Translations under genes and position numbers: made by a program
Part shown: one piece after another, positions 58,300 to 64,000 of the stretch
How positions within the stretch are numbered: position 1 is the first letter of the stretch
Layout: each line of letters begins with the position of its first letter
Source of the DNA: Deltaproteobacteria bacterium
GTDB lineage: Bacteria > Myxococcota > Kuafuiibacteriia > Kuafuiibacteriales > Kuafuiibacteriaceae
Length of the DNA: 64,000 nt
Reading direction: 5' to 3'
Assembly: GCA_040218735.1 (NCBI GenBank)
Contig: JAVJQW010000063.1
Coordinates: 33,345-97,344 of the forward strand
Notes under the pieces: generated by a model
Seen by the model: only the letters and a program-made list of their open reading frames with translations
The model's database searches: none
What the model was told of the DNA's origin: nothing

Positions 58300-59050
58300 C
58301 CACACACTCGATGGGCCCGCACGTCGAGCTGTCGCGACAGGGCAGGCGGCAGAAACAAACCCCGTAGCGGGTCGAGCACTGCAGGTGGAACTCCGGGCAG
58401 TCGCTCTGGTCGACGCACGACCGGAAACACGCGTTGTTCACGCACATCTCGTCGTCGCCGCAGACGTCCGAGCCGCACGGCGTCCCCATCACGCCGCCGT
58501 CCGGACGCGCCGGTCCGGCGTCGCGCGGCGGGCCCGCGTCGCGCCCGACGACGACACCGCCGTCGCGCACGGGGCCGGCGCCGCAGAAGTACTCGTCGGG
58601 CGCGCGTGGATCGTCGTCGTCGCAGTCCGCCTCCGCGCACCCGAAGCCGACGCCGTAGCCGTCGTCGTCCGCGTCCGTGCACGCGCGTGGGATCGCGAGG
58701 GACGCGCGCGCGAGGCCCTCCTGCGGGAAGTCGAGGGAGACCTCGCCGTAGCCGACGACCACCGACGGCTGCCCCGCCGTCGTCACGCGCAGCTCGCCGG
58801 TGAAACGAACGCGTTTGGGGAGCGTCGTCTCCGCGACCACCGGCAACGTCTGCGGCCACTTGTCGCGCGGCGCGGTGCCGAGCGCGTAGGCGTCTTCGGA
58901 GGGGGTGCCGTCGGCCTCGAGGCGGACGACGAGGTTGTTGGTCTCGTCGGGGATCTGCAGCTCGGAGGAGATGTCGATGAGCAGCGTCGGGCTGTCGGTC
59001 TGGCACCCGGCGATACACACCACCGCCACGATCACCCCGGTCCGCCGCAT
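58280..59050 (-). CDS. Cys-rich lipoprotein with a putative metal-binding (MopE-like) motif
   Basis: IAGC lipobox; CTDADDDGYG...DCDDDDP; DAG/DGG linker; Cys-rich C-terminus. Confidence 0.8.
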   Translation of the reverse strand: MRRTGVIVAVVCIAGCQTDSPTLLIDISSELQIPDETNNLVVRLEADGTPSEDAYALGTAPRDKWPQTLPVVAETTLPKRVRFTGELRVTTAGQPSVVVGYGEVSLDFPQEGLARASLAIPRACTDADDDGYGVGFGCAEADCDDDDPRAPDEYFCGAGPVRDGGVVVGRDAGPPRDAGPARPDGGVMGTPCGSDVCGDDEMCVNNACFRSCVDQSDCPEFHLQCSTRYGVCFCRLPCRDSSTCGPIECVDGCCQF

Positions 59051-59092
59051 CTCGGCCCCAAAGTACCGCGCCCGATGACCTCCGCGCGACCG

Positions 59093-60337
59093 TCAGCTGC
59101 GCTCGGCGAGCGCGACGACGTAGTCGTAACCACGTTTTTTCGGCCAGCCGGTCGCCGCCCGGATCGCGGCCGCGATCGCCTTCGTCGGGACCCGCGCGGC
59201 GAGCAGCTCGCGGCACATCGGCTCGAGCCAGTCCGGGGTCTCGTCCGAGGCGGCCTCCTCGGCGGCCCCCGGGAGCACGACGGTGATCTCCCCACGCAGC
59301 CGATCCCCCTCCGTCAGCGCCGCGAGGATCTCGGCCGCGGGCGCCCGGAGGATCTCCTCGTTCGGCTTCGTCAGCTCGCGCGCCACCACCACGGGTTGCT
59401 CGCCGAACACCGCCGCGATCGCGTTCAGCGTAGCCTCCAGCCGGTGCGGCGCCTCGTACAGGATCGACGCACCGGGTCGTGACGCCATCCGCGCGAGCGC
59501 TTCGTCGCGGGCCTGCGCGCCCCGCGGCAAGAAGCCCTCGAACGTGAAGCGGTCCGTGCCCAACCCCGACGCCACCACGGCGAGGAGCGCCGCGCTCGGG
59601 CCGGGGATCGGCGATACGATCGCCCCGACGTCGTGCGCGAGATCCACGAGCCGGTGCCCAGGGTCCGCGACACCCGGGACGCCGGCGTCGCTGATGACCG
59701 CGATCCGCGCCCCCTCGCGCAACGCACGTTCGAGCTCGCGGGCGCGCTCCTTCTCGTTGTGGTCGTGGTAGCTGACGCGTCTGGCCTTCGCGCCGATCCC
59801 GTCGAGCATCGGGCGGCTCGTTCGTGTGTCTTCGCAGGCGATGATGTCGACGCCCGCGAGCACGCGGCGCGCGCGCGGCGACAGGTCTTCGTCGTTCCCG
59901 ATCGGGACCCCGACCACATAGACGACGCCTTGCGTCGCGTCCTGTCGGGACACGGCTTCGATCGTCAGCTCGGCGTCCGGTTCGCGGAGCGCGTCGACGA
60001 TCGCGCGGTCGAAGTCCGACGCGGCGTGCCGGCAACCAATCGCGAAGCTGTTCCCCTTGGGGAGCGGGTCTTTCCGAAAGATGAAGGGGTCACCCGCGAG
60101 ATAGAGTGGGTTGATTGTCCCTGACGTCGTCTGACGTACCGACCCGCAGGACAGCGTGATGTCGACGTGGCCGCGCAGGGCGGCCGGGTCGCCTTCAACG
60201 GTGCGCGCGACCCCGAGAATGCACGTACCGGCTTGGGTGATGGCTTCGTCGGGGGTCACCTCGAACGTCTTGCCGTGGGACGCGCGGACGTTCGGGTGTC
60301 CACGGGCGCGAAGGAGGACGCTCGGTCGGTCGGACAT
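59093..60337 (-). CDS. rsmI: 16S rRNA (cytidine1402-2'-O)-methyltransferase RsmI with a fused N-terminal DUF371 domain
   Basis: RsmI: VYVVGVPIGN.EDLSPRA, ACEDTR, SDAGVPGVADPG, FEGFLP, YEAPHR and ARELTK. N-terminal ARGHPNVRASHGKTFEVT...GTCILGV matches the DUF371 pattern. Confidence 0.9.
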   Translation of the reverse strand: MSDRPSVLLRARGHPNVRASHGKTFEVTPDEAITQAGTCILGVARTVEGDPAALRGHVDITLSCGSVRQTTSGTINPLYLAGDPFIFRKDPLPKGNSFAIGCRHAASDFDRAIVDALREPDAELTIEAVSRQDATQGVVYVVGVPIGNDEDLSPRARRVLAGVDIIACEDTRTSRPMLDGIGAKARRVSYHDHNEKERARELERALREGARIAVISDAGVPGVADPGHRLVDLAHDVGAIVSPIPGPSAALLAVVASGLGTDRFTFEGFLPRGAQARDEALARMASRPGASILYEAPHRLEATLNAIAAVFGEQPVVVARELTKPNEEILRAPAAEILAALTEGDRLRGEITVVLPGAAEEAASDETPDWLEPMCRELLAARVPTKAIAAAIRAATGWPKKRGYDYVVALAERS

Positions 60338-60402
60338 CGTCAGCGCGCTACGCTACCCGACCTAGGACGCGGCCGTCACCTTCGCCTAGACTCTCCGTCC
60401 AG

Positions 60403-61899
60403 ATGCGTCGCGTCGCGATCATTGCGGTTGCGCTCCTCGGCGCCTGTGTGGGCGAGCCCGACTACGACGGGCGCCCGTGCGGCGCGGGCCGCGCGTGCCC
60501 CGACGGCTTTGCGTGCAACCTCGGCGACATCTGCCGACGTGCGTGCTCCGACCTCGTCCCGTGTCCGCAGTCGAACCAGACGTGTGAAGGTGGCTTGTGT
60601 GTCACGCCCGGCACGCGCGACGCCGGCGAGAACACGATGATGATGGGCGAGTGCGAGGGGCCCAACAGACTCTGCACCATGCCGCCGCCGCCGGTGTGCG
60701 AGGACGACGAGTACAAGACGTACGCGAGCGAGGGCACGTGCGACACCGCGACGAACACGTGTGTGTACCTCGAGTCGAAGCGTCCGTGCCCGGGGTGTGA
60801 AGAGACGTGCCTCGGCCCGTGCGCGAACCTGACCTGCGACGACCTGCAGGGCGGCTGCCGTTCGAACGGGCGGTGTGAGCCGAACGGCGCGGGTGGCGTC
60901 GAGTGTTTCTATACGATCGCGTCGAACGGAACGACGTGCACCAAGTCGGGCGGTGGCAACGGCATCTGCACCGACGGCATCTGCGGCGACTGCGGCAACG
61001 ACACCGACTGCCAGGGCGCGGACCTCTGCGTGACCGGGAGCCAGTGCGTCGGCGGATCGTGCACGATGGGGACGCGGACGATCTGCGAGTCACCGCCGAT
61101 CGCGTGTGTGGAAGAGATCGGCATGTGCAACCCACTCACCGGTTCGTGTGAGTACCCGCCGCTCGTGAACGGCACCGCGTGTGACGACATGAACGTGTGC
61201 ACGACGGGCGAGACGTGCCTGAACGGCGTGTGCAGCGGCGGCACGAGCATGAACTGCGCGGACACGAACCCGTGCACCGACGACCTGTGTGATCCGGCGA
61301 TGGGTTGCCAGAACCCACCGAACACCGCGCCGTGTGACGACGGCGACCTGTGCACGTACGGCGACGTCTGCGCGGGGGGTACGTGCGGCGGCACGACGGT
61401 GACCTGCAACAGCACCGACTGCATCACGCGCTCGTGCAACGGCACGGCGACGTGTGATCAGTCGTTCCGCCCCAGCGGCACCGCGTGCACCGCGGACGGC
61501 AACCCGTGCACCAACGACCGCTGCAACGCGAGCGGCACCTGCACCCACCCGATCCTCGCCAACGGCACCGCCTGCGGCGCGGTACCGGAGGATCGCTGCT
61601 GCTCCGGCACGTGCGTCGACATCTCCTCCGACACCAACAACTGCGGCGGCTGCGGCCTCTCCTGCGCGGCGGGCCGCTCGTGTGAGTCGGTCTTCCTCAC
61701 CACCGAGTGCCCCGACCGCCCCGCGAACACGACCGGCCGCTGCGTCTGCAACAACGCCAACGCGGAGTGCCCCGGCACGCAGATCTGCCGCACGTTCACT
61801 CCGCACAACAACCGGTGCGCACCGGTCGACGCGGGGAGCTGCGCCCCGGGGGGCGTGTTCGTGGACGTCGCCGCCTGCCCGAACTACTGCTCGTATTGA
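60403..61899 (+). CDS. Cys-rich surface lipoprotein with Dictyostelium-type CTDC repeats and a STIG1-like module
   Basis: LGAC lipobox; CDD.N.CT..D.C repeats; CSGTCVDISSDTNNCGGCGLSC. Confidence 0.85.
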   Translation: MRRVAIIAVALLGACVGEPDYDGRPCGAGRACPDGFACNLGDICRRACSDLVPCPQSNQTCEGGLCVTPGTRDAGENTMMMGECEGPNRLCTMPPPPVCEDDEYKTYASEGTCDTATNTCVYLESKRPCPGCEETCLGPCANLTCDDLQGGCRSNGRCEPNGAGGVECFYTIASNGTTCTKSGGGNGICTDGICGDCGNDTDCQGADLCVTGSQCVGGSCTMGTRTICESPPIACVEEIGMCNPLTGSCEYPPLVNGTACDDMNVCTTGETCLNGVCSGGTSMNCADTNPCTDDLCDPAMGCQNPPNTAPCDDGDLCTYGDVCAGGTCGGTTVTCNSTDCITRSCNGTATCDQSFRPSGTACTADGNPCTNDRCNASGTCTHPILANGTACGAVPEDRCCSGTCVDISSDTNNCGGCGLSCAAGRSCESVFLTTECPDRPANTTGRCVCNNANAECPGTQICRTFTPHNNRCAPVDAGSCAPGGVFVDVAACPNYCSY

Positions 61900-62805
61900 G
61901 TGGGCCCGTGGGTCGCGATTTTCGCTCCTCGATCGTCGGGTGTTTGCTTGGTGGTGCGCTCGGCGACGCCTGGGGTGGCCGCTACGAGGGCGTCGACTCC
62001 CCGGTGGTGGTCGACGCGGACCACCCGCTCGTCGTCTCCGACGACACGCAGCTCACTGCGGCTACCTGCGAGGCGGTCGTCCGCGCGGGCGGGCTCGAAC
62101 CGGAGCGCATCGCCGAAGCGTTCGTGCGGTGGTTATCGCGCGGGGCGGCTCACAGGGTTGGGATCGAGCACGCTGTCTGCGCTCCGCAGCCTCGCCGCGG
62201 GGAGTCACTGGGCGCTCGCTGGCGCGTCGGGAGAGCGCGCGGCCGGGAACGGCGCGGCGATGCGGATCGCTCCGGTCGCGTTCCTCGTCGATCCAAGGTC
62301 GTCGTCCGGACGGCGGATGATTCGTGACGTGGCCTCGGTGACCCACCGTAACGACGCGGCCTACGCGGGTGCGCTCGCCATCGCTCTGGCGATCCGCCTC
62401 GCTTCGGAGGGCGTCGATCTCAAAGGCCTCCCCGAGGAGGTGGCGGCATATCTTCCCGACACGGCGGTGCGCGATGCGGTGGTCGCGTTGATGAAGCTCC
62501 ACGTCGGCCTATCGCCGGCCGACGCCGGGCACATCGTCGGGAACAGCGGTTACGTGGCGGAGTCGGTGCCACTGGCCATTCACTTCGCGCGACGGGGCGA
62601 CGATGGCCTGGAGGCGTCGGTGCGTCGTGCGATCGAGGCGGGCGGCGACTGCGACACGATCGCTTCGATGTGCGGACAGATCGTGGGCGCGGCGGTGGGG
62701 GAGTCCGGGCTTCCTGACCATGTGAGTTGCGTCGAAGGCGTCGATGACCTGCGTGAGGCGTTCGAGACGTTTGCGGCTCTCGTCGCGGGCGAGGGTGGGG
62801 GGTAG
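61896..62805 (+). pseudogene. ADP-ribosylglycohydrolase (DraG/ARH family) split by a +1 frameshift at about 62133
   Basis: First frame: GCLLGGALGDAWG...SDDTQLT...FVRW. Second frame: YRAGRLTGLG...GNGAAMRIAP...TH...GGDCDT. The sequence TGG T TAT carries one extra T. Start TTG 61896 or GTG 61908. Confidence 0.8.
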
Positions 62806-63019
62806 GGGACGGCTAGACCCAATGCCGTTCAACTGGCGGACGGGCCTGCCTCGAGTCCCCACCAGGCGGCGAGGGGCGCCTCGACGTAGGGCAGCGCGCC
62901 GGCGCCGCGGAGCGACTCGGCCCTCCGCCTCTGTTTCGCCGGGCTGGTGAAGGAGGGGGTCCGCGGACGGCAGTACTCCCAAGGACGGCCGCGCTCTCGA
63001 ACACCGGCTGGTATCGCTC

Positions 63020-63874
63020 TCACGGGCTGCCCTCCGCGCGTGCCGGCGTCGTCGGATGCGCCTCACGTCGCCGAGGACGCTCAGGACACGCGTCTGGCCT
63101 GGGCTGGGTACAGCGGCGCTCGTGAATCCTCCGATCGATGAAGGCGCGACCCAACACCTCCCGCGCCGCGTGAAGATTGTGCGCGCGACATAGCAAGCGG
63201 AGCTCCCCGACCACGCTCTTGGCCCCCAACGCGCGGCCGCCCACGTGATCGAATTCGAGGTTCGACCGTTCGCTGCATCGCCGACCGTCCGGGCTCACGT
63301 AGGTGCACTGCGCGCCGTCGCGCTCGACCACCGCGCGGCGCGTTGCGGCCGGGACGTACGCTGCACCCGCGGGTGCATCTTCGGCGGGTCTCGATCGCGG
63401 ACGGCTCGCCTTCCCGTTCTTCCTCCTCTCCAGCTTCTCCACGTAGAGCGCGAGCGCCGCTTCGAAGATCTCCCCGATGTCGGTCCCGGGCGGGGTGAGC
63501 TCCTTGGCTCGAGCCAAGAGCGCCTTCGCTTCGGCGCTCCCGTCGAAGTGAAAAGCGAACGTGTCGGGCGTCGCCGCCTCGACGCGATCGTCACTGCTCT
63601 TCGCTCCGGGGAACTCGGTAGCGATCAGCATCTCGACCTCGGTCTTCGACTTGTTCCGCGCCTGCTCGACGAGGCTGTGGGCGTTGTCGTCGTTCATGAA
63701 CTTCGAGAGCTTCGCGATGCCCGTCATGTGCAGCTCACCGGTCGCGAGCATCCCGAAGACATCGGGCACCCGCCGTGCCGCGCGCACCACTGCGACGCGC
63801 CGGCACGCCTGGTCCTCGGTCAGCCCGAGCCCCTCGACGCAGAACCGAAACAGCGAGCTGAAGCCGCGCTCGCG
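63020..63874 (-). pseudogene. Multicopy-type HNH endonuclease (DUF222-like N-terminus), 5'-truncated
   Basis: RERGFSSLFRFC...L..SE/TE.A.RR; RRAVVERDGAQCTYVSPDGRRC....LEFDH...LRLLCRAHN. An in-frame TAG lies at 63877-63875 and there is no intact start upstream. Confidence 0.8.
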
Positions 63875-64000
63875 CTATACGTCGAGAGGCTGGAGAAGCG
63901 GAAGAATGGAAAGACGAGTCGTCCGCGATCGAAACCCGCCGAGGATGCGCCGGCGGGCGCAGCGTACGTCCCGACTGCAACGCGGCGTGCAGTGGTCGAG
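63860..64000 (+). repeat. Inverted, diverged second copy of the HNH gene interior (matches the minus strand of 63323-63463)
   Basis: The + strand reads EAALALYVERLEKRKNGKTSRPRSKPAEDAPAGAAYVPTATRRAVVE, against EAALALYVEKLERRKNGKASRPRSRPAEDAPAGAAYVPAATRRAVVE in the first copy. My manual count is 20 mismatches in 141 nt and 5 of 47 aa changed. Confidence 0.9.

Noticed and set aside
62813-63023. Short minus-strand ORFs (63-64 aa)
   Set aside because: No motifs, no clear RBS and atypical composition, so not called as CDS.

Overview
A very GC-rich, densely packed bacterial window, most likely from a Myxococcota-like genome. This is an inference from the FrzS/AglZ-type pseudo-receiver coiled-coil protein, the Ser/Thr kinase, the FHA-sigma54 activator and the many Cys-rich lipoproteins. 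From left to right it holds: the end of a glycine-betaine synthesis/uptake locus (sarcosine/dimethylglycine methyltransferase and BCCT) followed 7 bp later by a stand-alone DUF1156-type DNA amino-methyltransferase; signalling genes; a four-gene, translationally coupled MoxR/RavA-bpX5-vWA-bpX6 beta-propeller 'ternary conflict' operon; a putative M91-type metallopeptidase effector; a TrxB-like/AraC module with a 21-bp-period direct repeat; an ECF sigma/anti-sigma cluster divergent from a second MoxR-DUF58-BatA operon; surface lipoproteins with an Omp85 barrel; a maltodextrin ABC/alpha-amylase locus; RsmI fused to an archaeal-type DUF371 domain; a frameshifted ADP-ribosylglycohydrolase; and, at the right edge, two diverged copies of an HNH-endonuclease gene joined in inverted orientation through a microhomology. 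I saw no rRNA, tRNA or CRISPR array. All family calls come from recognising motifs by eye; no database searches were run.
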